A stretch of 64,000 bases of DNA from an uncultured Acidimicrobiaceae bacterium (GTDB taxonomy: Bacteria; Actinomycetota; Acidimicrobiia; Acidimicrobiales; Bog-793), in the NCBI GenBank assembly GCA_963761425.1, contig CAVXGQ010000003.1, positions 36,501-100,500 on the forward strand. Direction: 5' to 3'. The translations under genes and the position numbers were made by a program. Numbering within the stretch: position 1 is the stretch's first letter; every line of letters starts with the position of its first letter. Below are positions 45,674 to 54,701 of this stretch, piece by piece. The notes below the pieces were generated by a model. That model made no database searches. It was not told the DNA's origin and worked only from the letters and a program-made list of their open reading frames with translations.

Positions 45674-46597
45674 GTGGCCACGTCGCGCTCGCCCCGGTTT
45701 GGCGCCGTCGTCACCGCCATGGCGACCCCGTTCGACGAGTTCGGTGGGCTCGACCTCGCCGGGGCGGTGACGCTCGCGCGCTATCTCGTTGCGCACGGCA
45801 GCGACAGCCTCGTGGTTACGGGTTCGACCGGGGAAGCGGCGACCCTGTCGGACGACGAGCGCGTCTCGTTGTGGCGGGCCGTCGCGTCAGCGATCGGCGT
45901 TCCGGTGCTGGCGGGGGCGACGTCGAACGACACGCGGCACTCGGTCGAACTGACCAAGCTCGCCACCGGCGCCGGGGTGGACGGCATTCTCGCCGTCGTG
46001 CCCTACTACAACCGCCCGTCGCAGGCCGGCATCGAGGCGCACTTCCGTGCTATCGCCGCCGCGACGCCGTTACCGGTCATCGTCTATGACATTCCGGTTC
46101 GTACCGGGCGGAAGATCGCAGCCGAAACGCTCCTCGCGCTGGCGGCCGAGGTGGAAAACATCGTCGGCCTGAAGGACGCGGCCGGGGACGCGCCCGCGAC
46201 GGCGCGATTGCTGGCGCGAGCGCCGGAGGGCTTCGAGTGCTACTGCGGCGACGACCTGATGACGCTGCCGCTCCTGAGCGTCGGTGCCGTCGGGCTCATC
46301 GGGGTGGCGACGCACTGGTGCGGCGTCGAATGCGGCGAGATGATCGCGCGGTTCCGGTCGGGGGATGTGCCGGGCTCGGTCGAGATTGCCCGGGCGCTCC
46401 TGCCGAGCTTCGTCTTCGAATCGAGCGACGAGGCCCCGAACCCGGTGCCCTTGAAGGCGGTGCTGCGCCTGCTCGGGCTCCCTGCCGGCGAGTGCCGCTT
46501 GCCGATGGGACCGACTCCGGCGGGCCTCGAGGACCGCGCGAAGGCCGTGCTCGCCGGTCTCGACGCCTGGCGCCAAGCTCGGGGCGCCGGTGGCTGA
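45674..46597 (+). CDS. dapA: 4-hydroxy-tetrahydrodipicolinate synthase
   Basis: AMATPFDE...VVTGSTGEAATLSDDE...PYYNRPSQ...YDIPVRTG; 307 aa. Confidence 0.93.
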   Translation: MATSRSPRFGAVVTAMATPFDEFGGLDLAGAVTLARYLVAHGSDSLVVTGSTGEAATLSDDERVSLWRAVASAIGVPVLAGATSNDTRHSVELTKLATGAGVDGILAVVPYYNRPSQAGIEAHFRAIAAATPLPVIVYDIPVRTGRKIAAETLLALAAEVENIVGLKDAAGDAPATARLLARAPEGFECYCGDDLMTLPLLSVGAVGLIGVATHWCGVECGEMIARFRSGDVPGSVEIARALLPSFVFESSDEAPNPVPLKAVLRLLGLPAGECRLPMGPTPAGLEDRAKAVLAGLDAWRQARGAGG

Positions 46598-48251
46598 GGA
46601 CGTCCGACTCGTTTTCCTCGGTGGCCTCGGGGAGATCGGGCGGAACTGCGCGGCCATCGAGCACGACGGCCGTCTCCTCGTCATCGACTGCGGTGTCATG
46701 TTCCCGGACCCCGAGATGCCGGGAGTCGACCTCGTGCTGCCGGACTTTTCGTACCTGCATGACAACGCCGGGCGCATCGAGGGCGTCGTGCTCACCCATG
46801 GCCACGAAGACCACGTCGGCGGGCTTGGCTTCCTGCTCCGGGACATCGAGACCAAGGTCTACGGATCGGCCCTCAGCCTCGGTCTGGCCCGGTCACGTCT
46901 CGAGGATTCCGGATCGGCGGGTCGTTCGGAGCTCGTCGCCGTCGCCGACGGCGAGAGGCGGCGGATCGGACCGTTCGACGTCGAGTTCATTCCGGTCACG
47001 CACTCGGTGCCCCAGGGCTTCGCGGTCGCGTTCCACACGCCCCAAGGTGTCGTCCTGCACACGGGGGATTTCAAGCTCGACTTGACGCCGGTCGACGGCC
47101 GGCGGACCGACCTCGCGCGCATCGGGGCGCTCGCCGATTCGGAAGGGATCCGTCTTTTGCTCTCCGATTCGACGAACGCCGAGGAGCCGGGGTTCACGCG
47201 CAGCGAGAGGTCGGTCGGGGAGACGCTCCGCCAGATCTTCCTGGAGCACCCGGAGCACCGCGTCATCGCCGCCTGCTTCGCGAGCCACATCCATCGGATC
47301 CAGCAGCTGAGCGACGCAGCGATCGCCAACGGACGCAAGATCGCGCTGCTCGGCCGATCGATGCTGCGCAACGTGGCGTTGGCGCGCGAGCTCGGCCTGC
47401 TCACCATCCCGCAGGGCTCCCTCGTCGACGTGGAGAAGGTCGATGATCTTTCGCCCGGCGAGGTCTGTGTGATCTCGACAGGATCCCAAGGCGAGCCGAT
47501 GTCCGCGCTCTCGTTGCTCGCCTCGGGAGAGAGCCGGCGACTTTCGGTTGCCGACGGCGACATCGTGGTGCTCTCGAGCCACGCCATTCCGGGCAACGAG
47601 TGGGCGGTCGCCAAGGTGATCGACGGGCTGGCACGTCTCGGCGCCAACATCATCCACTCCGGCGTCGCCCACGTCCACGAGAGCGGACACGGCAAGCAGG
47701 GAGAGCTCGCCATGCTGCTCAACGTGGCCCGTCCGAAGTGTTTCATCCCCGTGCACGGGGAATACCGGCACCTACTGCGACATGCCCGGCTGGCGATCGA
47801 GATGGGAGTCGACGAGCGCAGCGTGCTGCTGTGCGAGGACGGCGATGCCGTGCGGCTCACCGACGAATCGATCGATTTCGACGGCGAGGTGCCGGGGGGC
47901 TACCTCTTCGTCGACGGGGTGGTCGGTGACGTGGGCTCGGGAGTGCTGCGCGACCGTCGGGTGCTCGCCGAGGAGGGCGTGATCGTCGTCGTCCTCACCG
48001 TCAACAGCCGTTCGGGCGAGATCATCACCGGGCCCGAGATCATCACCCGGGGTTGGGTGCACGCCACCGAGGCCGAGGAACTGATCGACGACGCCCGAAC
48101 CGCGGTCGTCAAGGCGGTGGCCGAGGTGGTGGAGAGTGGTTCACGCGATGCCGATGCCCTGCGTCGTGCCGCGCGACGCGCCTTAGGCAAGATGGTGAGC
48201 GAGAGGACAAAGCGCCGGCCGATGATCGTGCCGGTGGTGATGGAAGCCTGA
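46590..48251 (+). CDS. rnj: ribonuclease J
   Basis: LGGLGEIGRNC...THGHEDHVGG..., with a beta-CASP region and C-terminal domain; 553 aa. Confidence 0.93.
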   Translation: MAEDVRLVFLGGLGEIGRNCAAIEHDGRLLVIDCGVMFPDPEMPGVDLVLPDFSYLHDNAGRIEGVVLTHGHEDHVGGLGFLLRDIETKVYGSALSLGLARSRLEDSGSAGRSELVAVADGERRRIGPFDVEFIPVTHSVPQGFAVAFHTPQGVVLHTGDFKLDLTPVDGRRTDLARIGALADSEGIRLLLSDSTNAEEPGFTRSERSVGETLRQIFLEHPEHRVIAACFASHIHRIQQLSDAAIANGRKIALLGRSMLRNVALARELGLLTIPQGSLVDVEKVDDLSPGEVCVISTGSQGEPMSALSLLASGESRRLSVADGDIVVLSSHAIPGNEWAVAKVIDGLARLGANIIHSGVAHVHESGHGKQGELAMLLNVARPKCFIPVHGEYRHLLRHARLAIEMGVDERSVLLCEDGDAVRLTDESIDFDGEVPGGYLFVDGVVGDVGSGVLRDRRVLAEEGVIVVVLTVNSRSGEIITGPEIITRGWVHATEAEELIDDARTAVVKAVAEVVESGSRDADALRRAARRALGKMVSERTKRRPMIVPVVMEA

Positions 48252-48269
48252 CGGCGACACCGCCGGCCG

Positions 48270-49121
48270 TCAGCTGGCGACGGCGGGCAGGATCCCGTTG
48301 GCAAACTGGCCGAGGATCTGGCGCAGCGAGCGGATCGCGCTTTGTTCGATCTGGCAGACGCGCGAGGCGCTCACCCCGAGCTGCGTGCCGATCTGCTCGA
48401 AGGTGAAACCCTCGAACAGATGGAGCGTGACGACCCGTCGCTGTCGCTCGGGCAGCTCGTCGACCGCCCGCCGCAACGCGGCGACCTCCTCGGATTCGAC
48501 GGCGGCCACCGCCGGGTCGCCGCCTTGTTCCGCGGCCAACACGTCGGCGAGCCGGATGGTGCCGTCGGCGCCCTCGACTTCGATGACGCGGTCCAGGTGG
48601 AGCATCTGCGACGACTGGACGCCGGAGAGGACCGCCTGGCGGGCCGAGCCCACCACGCCCATCATGTCGAGCACCTCGGACGGGCCCGGCTCGCGCCCGA
48701 GCTTGTGGCCGAGTTCGTCGGCGGTGGACTGGTACTCGGTGACGCGTTGGCGGACCGAGCGGGGCAGCCAGTCGAGCCGCCGCAGTTCGTCGAAGATGGC
48801 GCCGCGGATGCACGTCGTGGCGTAGCAGACGAACCGGTCGATCGACGAGGCGGGATCGAAGCGGTCGATCGCCGCGACGAGACCGAGGATGCCGAAGCTC
48901 GCCAGGTCCTCCCGGTCCCAGTGGGCGCGGACCGTCCCGGGGAGCTGGCCGACGACGACCAGGATCAACGGTTCGTAGGCGAGCAGGAGGTCGTTGCGGG
49001 CGACTTCGTCGCGCCCGGACCAGAACCGTTCCCACAGCCGCGCGTAGGAGGGGTCGGTGTAGAAGAAACGCCTGGCGACGGCCTCGGCCGGCTCCGGCGG
49101 GTCGAGGAGTTCGCTGGTCAC
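48270..49121 (-). CDS. FliA/WhiG/SigB-type (group 3) sigma-70 family factor
   Basis: Regions 2, 3 and 4 are recognisable (FGILGLVAAIDRFDP, YATTCIRGAIFDELRRLDWLPRSVR, LPERQRRVVTLHLFEGFTFEQIGTQLGVSASRVCQIEQSAIRSLR). Confidence 0.85.
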   Translation of the reverse strand: MTSELLDPPEPAEAVARRFFYTDPSYARLWERFWSGRDEVARNDLLLAYEPLILVVVGQLPGTVRAHWDREDLASFGILGLVAAIDRFDPASSIDRFVCYATTCIRGAIFDELRRLDWLPRSVRQRVTEYQSTADELGHKLGREPGPSEVLDMMGVVGSARQAVLSGVQSSQMLHLDRVIEVEGADGTIRLADVLAAEQGGDPAVAAVESEEVAALRRAVDELPERQRRVVTLHLFEGFTFEQIGTQLGVSASRVCQIEQSAIRSLRQILGQFANGILPAVAS

Positions 49122-49608
49122 GGCTGCACCGGCCGGCAGGACGCGGCCGTCGCGGTGCGCGGCCGTGCGGGCACCCAGGGTGGGATATGACTAATTCGTG
49201 CCCCAGCAGTTTCAGTAGCTACTCCTAGCACATTTGCATCATATACAACTATCCCAGGTCAGCGACAGGCCCAATTTCTGGTCTTCTCCCTATTACCACT
49301 CTCGGTAACAATGCAGCCACGCTATGCCGCATATCCCACAATCCGAGGCTGCCGGGCTGCTGATGTTCCGTTCTATGAAGGGCGCGACATCGCGCCGAGA
49401 TCGAGATTGTCTGCGGCGGCGCGGCCATCGGAGAAACGGTGTCGAACGTCTCTCGTGGGAGGGGCTACTCGGCGCAAATAACCACGTAGAGTGGTGAAAT
49501 AAACGCTTAAAGTGATAATTGAGATTCTTACTGATCACCCGCCAGCGGGAGCTTAAGAGCGACCCGGGCGATGCCGTTAGGCGAGGTACAGGTCAGGGAG
49601 GTGATTGT

Positions 49609-52059
49609 GTGACGACGGTCTCGACCCGGCAGGAGAACTCGCCGCAGTCCGATATCGCCCCGAAGGACTTCGGGATCTTCGTGATCACGCGACGGCATCT
49701 CGTCGTGGCGTGCGTTTGGGCCCTTTTGATCGCACTCGCCCTGTTGGGGGCGACCGAAGGGATCGCCTTCGGGCTCGCCGCTCTCGGCACGGTCGTCGCC
49801 TTCGTGATCGGCATCCGCTGTTATCGCCCGGCGCGTTCTTCGCCGTGGTGGATGGCTCTCAGTGCGTTCGCGCTCTTCGCCATCGGCGGTGTCGCGCGCG
49901 ACGACCTGCACACGCTGGGTAACCTGACGGTCCACCGATCGCTCATCCCTGATCTCATCGTCCTGCCGGGGTACGCGCTTTTAGGCGCTGCGCTCATCAT
50001 CATCATCAGGGCCCGCACGGGATCGACGCGTCACCGCCTCGGCATCGTCTACGACGGCGTCATCGCGTCGCTGGCGGTACTCGCCTGCTCGCTCGTGTAC
50101 GTGATCGAGCCCGTGCTGTCGCGCCACAGCACGCCGGTGGACGTGAAGCTGATCATCGTCGGCTACCCGAGCTTGGACATTTTCCTGCTCGTCATGACGT
50201 TGCAGATCGCGTTCGGCACGAGCAGCGAGCGGTGCACGGCGGACCGCTTCCTCGTCGCGGGGCTGTTGTCGTTGTTCGTGGGCGACGCGCTTTACACGTT
50301 CGCCGAGATCCACGTCCTCAGCCTTCCCGTCAACATCCTCGATCTGCCGTACGTGCTGGCTTTCGCCGGGGCGGCGACCTGCGCGCTCGATCCTTCCATG
50401 CGCACCCTCACCGAGCCCGCCGGCAAGCCCGCGGCCCGTTGGACGCCCGAGCGCATCGGGCTCGTCAGCATCGCTTTCTTCGTTCCCGCGCTTCTCCTGT
50501 TGCAGGAGCGGCATTACGCGATCAGCGAAAGGCTGGCGCTGTTTGCGATCATCGTCGCCCTGACGACCACCGCGATCCTGCAGATCTTCCAGGCGGTTCG
50601 GTCTGCGGAACGCTCGGAGGCACGCCTCATCCACCAGGCCCTCCACGACCCGCTCACCGGGCTCCCGAATCGTCAATCGATGGCTCAGTACCTCGACCGC
50701 TTGGTGCAACAGTCCTTGCCGAGCCGACCTCCCATCGGGTTGCTGTTCTTTGACCTCGACCGGTTCAAGCTCATCAACGACACTCTCGGCCACAACCACG
50801 GTGACGAGCTCCTCATCCGAGTTGCCCGACGGCTTGGCGAGAACACCCGCGCCGGTGACTTCGTCAGCCGGATCGAGGCAGACGAGTTCGTCATCGTCCT
50901 CGGCGGGAGCGTCGGAATGTCCGAGGCCCGCGCCTTTGCCAACCGGCTGCGAGCGTGTCTGCGCGCGCCGTTCCTGATCGACGGGTCGGAGTTCTTCCTC
51001 ACCGCGAGCATCGGGATCGCCTTCGCCACCTCGGGTGCTTCGTTCGACGCCGAGGCGCTCGTCCGGGACGCCGACACCGCGGTGCACCAGGCCAAAGAAG
51101 CCGGTCGCGACGCCGTCGCGGTCTACGACGACTCGATGCGGGTCCATCTCACCGAACGGGTCGAGATCGAACGCGACCTGCGCCACGCCGTCGAGCGCCA
51201 CGAGCTGCACCTCGTGTTCCAACCGATCGTGAAGATGGGCCATAACGAGGTGGTCGGATTCGAGGCCCTGGTCCGTTGGGCCCATCCCAGCCTGGGGGTG
51301 CTGCTGCCGAAGCGCTTCATCCCCCTCGCCGAGGAGAACGACCTCATCGGCGGGATCGGCAGCTGGGCCCTCGACGACGCCCTGCGCCAGCTGGTTGTGT
51401 GCCGATCGGTGCCGGGCCTCGGACATCTCGGCGTCTCGGTGAACCTCTCCGCCCACCAGTTGCGGGACGAACTACTGGTGCAGCGGGTCGACCGCTCCCT
51501 CGCCGTCCACGGTCTTCCCGGTTCGGCGCTCACGCTCGAGCTCACCGAGTCCGAGATGATGGACAACCCCGAGCTGTCGATCGCCGCTCTCACCGCGTTG
51601 CGTCGGCTCGGCGTCCTCATCGCGGTGGACGATTTTGGGACCAAGTACTCGTCGCTCGCCTACCTGCAGCGCCTGCCGGTCAACATCTTGAAGATCGACC
51701 AGAGCTTCGTGGTCGACATGTATGGCGCCGACCCGGTGCCGGCGGAGTCGCTGGTGGCGGCCATTGTCGCGATGGCCGAGGCGCTGGGGATCCAGACCAT
51801 CGTCGAGGGGGTCGAGACGGCCGAACAGGCCCGTCACCTGATGGCGATCGGTTGCAGCTTGGCCCAGGGCTACTTCTACGCCCGACCGGCGCGTACCGAC
51901 CAGATCGTCGATGTGATCGGCCTGCTCACCCGGTCGCAATCCTACGAGGTGGCGGACCAAACGCCGCCGGCCGAGCCGGTTCCGCTTCGCTCGAAGCTTG
52001 CGCCGCGCCAAGGGACTTTCTTCGCGGCGTCCTTCAGCTTGAACTCCGGCGCGCGATAG
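49609..52059 (+). CDS. integral-membrane signalling protein with degenerate GGDEF and intact EAL domains
   Basis: GTG at 49609 lies 7 nt after AGGGAGG. The N-terminal region is multi-TM. The GGDEF site reads SRIEADEF. The EAL domain has GFEALVRW, DDFGTKYSSLAYL and KIDQSFV. Confidence 0.85.
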   Translation: MTTVSTRQENSPQSDIAPKDFGIFVITRRHLVVACVWALLIALALLGATEGIAFGLAALGTVVAFVIGIRCYRPARSSPWWMALSAFALFAIGGVARDDLHTLGNLTVHRSLIPDLIVLPGYALLGAALIIIIRARTGSTRHRLGIVYDGVIASLAVLACSLVYVIEPVLSRHSTPVDVKLIIVGYPSLDIFLLVMTLQIAFGTSSERCTADRFLVAGLLSLFVGDALYTFAEIHVLSLPVNILDLPYVLAFAGAATCALDPSMRTLTEPAGKPAARWTPERIGLVSIAFFVPALLLLQERHYAISERLALFAIIVALTTTAILQIFQAVRSAERSEARLIHQALHDPLTGLPNRQSMAQYLDRLVQQSLPSRPPIGLLFFDLDRFKLINDTLGHNHGDELLIRVARRLGENTRAGDFVSRIEADEFVIVLGGSVGMSEARAFANRLRACLRAPFLIDGSEFFLTASIGIAFATSGASFDAEALVRDADTAVHQAKEAGRDAVAVYDDSMRVHLTERVEIERDLRHAVERHELHLVFQPIVKMGHNEVVGFEALVRWAHPSLGVLLPKRFIPLAEENDLIGGIGSWALDDALRQLVVCRSVPGLGHLGVSVNLSAHQLRDELLVQRVDRSLAVHGLPGSALTLELTESEMMDNPELSIAALTALRRLGVLIAVDDFGTKYSSLAYLQRLPVNILKIDQSFVVDMYGADPVPAESLVAAIVAMAEALGIQTIVEGVETAEQARHLMAIGCSLAQGYFYARPARTDQIVDVIGLLTRSQSYEVADQTPPAEPVPLRSKLAPRQGTFFAASFSLNSGAR

Positions 52060-52829
52060 ATCCGGGCCGCCAGCGCCGTCGACGCCACGAGGTCCAGTGG
52101 CCGCAGCGCCGGTTCGATGCCCACTCCCTCGTAGATGATCCCGTAGATCGACGGGTCCTCGGCCGCGAGCCGTCGGCGATAGTCGGAGACGCAGCCGTAG
52201 ATCGGCAGGCTGTCCCGTGATCCGAGGTAGGGACGGCCCTCGGCGAGGGGAAAGAACGGCTGGTGGAAACGGGTCTTGGACATCCGGAACACCGCACGGT
52301 CGAGGATCGCGACCATCCACTCGACGCCGAGCGCTTCGCCGGTGCGGACGATCGACTGGTAGAGGCCGAGGGCGACGAGCCCGGTCGCCGCGGCGCTCCG
52401 GTAGCCCGGGTCGATGGCGAGGGTCGCGATGTCCCAGGTGCGGTCCAGCGTCATCCCGGTCCCGCTGCGCTCCAGCATCGCTTCAGCCGATTCGTGCCAG
52501 ATCGAGCCGAGGTCGTGGAAGGTCTTCAACCCAGGGCCGCCGTCGGTGGGCACGATCATCCGGATCACGCCAGCCGGGCACCGGCGACGGTGGTCGAGGA
52601 TGGTGAAGAACAGGCTGGACAGCTCGTAGGGGCCGTACTCCGCCTGGAGGAGTTCCGGGGTGTTGCCGAAGGCCTCCAGAAAGACCGTCCGCTCGACGTG
52701 CCGGCCCAGCTCGGCCGCCGGGTCGTCGGACGCGAAGGCGTAGGCGCCGAACGGCTCGAGGGTGTCCTCGCCGATAACCGACCGGGCGAGACGGGCGAGG
52801 TCCGATGCTCCGGTCTCGACGCTCGTCAC
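51942..52829 (-). CDS. GNAT-fold acyltransferase-like protein (resembles LuxI/FeeM-type N-acyl synthases)
   Basis: 295 aa. HVERTVFLEAFGNTPELLQAEYGPYE...FFTILDHRRRCPAGVIRMIV...TWDIATLAIDPGYRSAAATGLVALGLYQSI. The assignment is by pattern only. Confidence 0.55.
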   Translation of the reverse strand: MTSVETGASDLARLARSVIGEDTLEPFGAYAFASDDPAAELGRHVERTVFLEAFGNTPELLQAEYGPYELSSLFFTILDHRRRCPAGVIRMIVPTDGGPGLKTFHDLGSIWHESAEAMLERSGTGMTLDRTWDIATLAIDPGYRSAAATGLVALGLYQSIVRTGEALGVEWMVAILDRAVFRMSKTRFHQPFFPLAEGRPYLGSRDSLPIYGCVSDYRRRLAAEDPSIYGIIYEGVGIEPALRPLDLVASTALAARIYRAPEFKLKDAAKKVPWRGASFERSGTGSAGGVWSATS

Positions 52830-52846
52830 GGCGGTGTCATCCGAGC

Positions 52847-53224
52847 TCAGAAGGCCCGGGCGACGATGTCGTCGACGCCGAAGAACCTCTTCGTGTACTC
52901 GACGACCGCCTCGGAGTCGAACGGCGCGCAGGTGTAGATGTCGACGCTGAAGAACAGGACTGGCTTTTCCCAGGCGTAGAAGTGGGCGCCCGAGGCTTCC
53001 CAGTGGACCCAGCCGGCCCAGCCGAAGTTGTCGGAGCGGTGCGTCACGGGATCCATCAGACGGCGCATCCGGCAGACGTCGGACAGCTCGGACAGGTAGC
53101 GCCGGATGGTGGGGTCGTCGATTGGCGCGGAGGGGCGTCCCTCGACGACCAGGCGCTGCCGGAAGATCGCCGGGGCGAGGTCCGGCACCTCCTGGGAAAC
53201 AAGTGACCCACGAGGCTCATGCAT
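52847..53224 (-). CDS. S-adenosylmethionine decarboxylase (SpeH/PF02675)-like small protein
   Basis: 125 aa. GWAGWVHWEASGAHFYAWEKPVLFFSVDIYTCAPFD parallels ..[27 protein letters not shown].. of class-1 AdoMetDC. The self-processing Glu-Ser is replaced by E-A-S. Confidence 0.5.
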   Translation of the reverse strand: MHEPRGSLVSQEVPDLAPAIFRQRLVVEGRPSAPIDDPTIRRYLSELSDVCRMRRLMDPVTHRSDNFGWAGWVHWEASGAHFYAWEKPVLFFSVDIYTCAPFDSEAVVEYTKRFFGVDDIVARAF

Positions 53225-53585
53225 ATTTCTGAGGCTACTGAATACGGAAACGGTTCACAAACAGAGAGTATTTCATGTCAATCTGGCCAGCAAAGGCGGC
53301 CGGGCGGCCGATTGCCCGGGCGCGCCCCAGACCGGCCGGTTCCGGACTGGGTTCCGGGGCCCGAGCGCCGGAAGGGCCGACGCGGTGAGCCGTGCCCCAA
53401 GAAACCGTGAGATGCGGCATCGCCGCCCGAGACGAACACCCCATCAGCCAAACAGATCGGCGACCCATTTGAAAGGGCCATTCGGCAGAACGGACCGGTC
53501 CGGGCGCGGCCGTGTCGCGGGTCGCCGGGTCGATCCCCCGAGACCCGAACTGGCCCCTACCCGCGGCGGCGTGTCTTTCGCTACG

Positions 53586-54635
53586 GTGAACGGATCCAGT
53601 TCCTCTCTTCTTCCCGCCGCTGACGCTGTGCCCGCGCCGCTACCACCTGGCCGTCCGGTGCGCTGGGGAATCCTCGCCACCGGCGCGATCTCGGCGACCT
53701 TGGTCGACGAGATCCGCCGCACCCCGGACTGCGAGGTCGTCGCCGTCGGGTCCCGGACGGAGGAGTCCGCCCGGCGCTTCGCCGCCGAGCACGGCATCGC
53801 CAGGGCCCGCGGCTCCTACGAAGCCCTCATCGAGGACGAAGGCGTCGACGTCGTCTACGTCGGCGCCAGCCACAACGCGCACGCCTCGGCCGTTCGGCAC
53901 TGCCTGGAAGTCGGGCGGGCGGTTCTCTGCGAGAAGCCGCTCACCGTGGACGCCGCCCAGACCGAGGAGCTCGTCCGTCTGGCGCGGGCCGCCGACGTGT
54001 TCTTCATGGAGGCCATGTGGATGCGTTGCCGGCCCGGCTTCGCCGAGCTCTCGGGGATACTCGGATCGGGCGAGATCGGCGAGGTCCACCACCTTCGGGC
54101 GTCGCTCGGTTTTGTGGCCACCAAGGAGCATCCCCAGCGTCTTTTCAATCCGGACCAGGCCGGAGGCGCGCTCTTGGACGTCGGCGTCTACCCGATCACC
54201 CTCGCGTTCGCCACGCTGGGCCAGCCCGGCGAGATCCGCGCCCTCGGCCACCTCCAAGGAGGAGTCGACCGCAGCGTCGCGGTGGCGATGTCCTGGCCGG
54301 CCGGGGCGACGGCGACCCTGGGCGCCACCCTCGAGGCGGAGATCGACACCTCGGCGGTGTTTGCCGGGTCCAAGGGCCGGATCGAGGTCACCGAGCCTTT
54401 CCACGAACTCGGGGCGCTCACCGTCTCGGTGAGTGGTCGTCCCTCCCGCCGGGTGGTGCCGCCCGCCGAGGGGCGCGGCTACGTCCACGAAGTGGTGGAG
54501 GTGGTGCGCTGCCTGCGCGCCGGTCTCAGCGAGAGCCCGCTCGTCCCGCTGGACGAGTCGATCGCCATCATGCGGATCCTCGACGAGTGCCGGCGCCAGA
54601 TCGGCCTTAACTACCCCGAGGCCGCGTACCGCTGA
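53586..54635 (+). CDS. Gfo/Idh/MocA family NAD(P)-dependent oxidoreductase
   Basis: VRWGILATGAISATLVDEI...VVAVGSRTEESARRFAAEHG...VDVVYVGASHNAHA...LCEKPL. The start is ambiguous (GTG 53586, 53628 or 53658). Confidence 0.85.
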   Translation: MNGSSSSLLPAADAVPAPLPPGRPVRWGILATGAISATLVDEIRRTPDCEVVAVGSRTEESARRFAAEHGIARARGSYEALIEDEGVDVVYVGASHNAHASAVRHCLEVGRAVLCEKPLTVDAAQTEELVRLARAADVFFMEAMWMRCRPGFAELSGILGSGEIGEVHHLRASLGFVATKEHPQRLFNPDQAGGALLDVGVYPITLAFATLGQPGEIRALGHLQGGVDRSVAVAMSWPAGATATLGATLEAEIDTSAVFAGSKGRIEVTEPFHELGALTVSVSGRPSRRVVPPAEGRGYVHEVVEVVRCLRAGLSESPLVPLDESIAIMRILDECRRQIGLNYPEAAYR

Positions 54636-54701
54636 CCAGGCCGCGACCGGGCGCACCACACCGCGCCCCGAATCGTTGCTGGTGTTAGCGTTGTTCCTAC
54701 T

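Noticed and set aside
49293-49538. Listed 81-aa minus-strand ORF and a 56-codon plus-strand ORF inside the AT-rich spacer.
   Set aside because: Neither shows the strong G/C third-position bias of real genes here. No ribosome-binding site or family resemblance was seen.
49122-49608. A c-di-GMP (GEMM) riboswitch upstream of the GGDEF-EAL gene.
   Set aside because: I could not find the conserved GEMM-I core sequences or a matching two-hairpin layout by eye. This needs a covariance-model scan before any claim.
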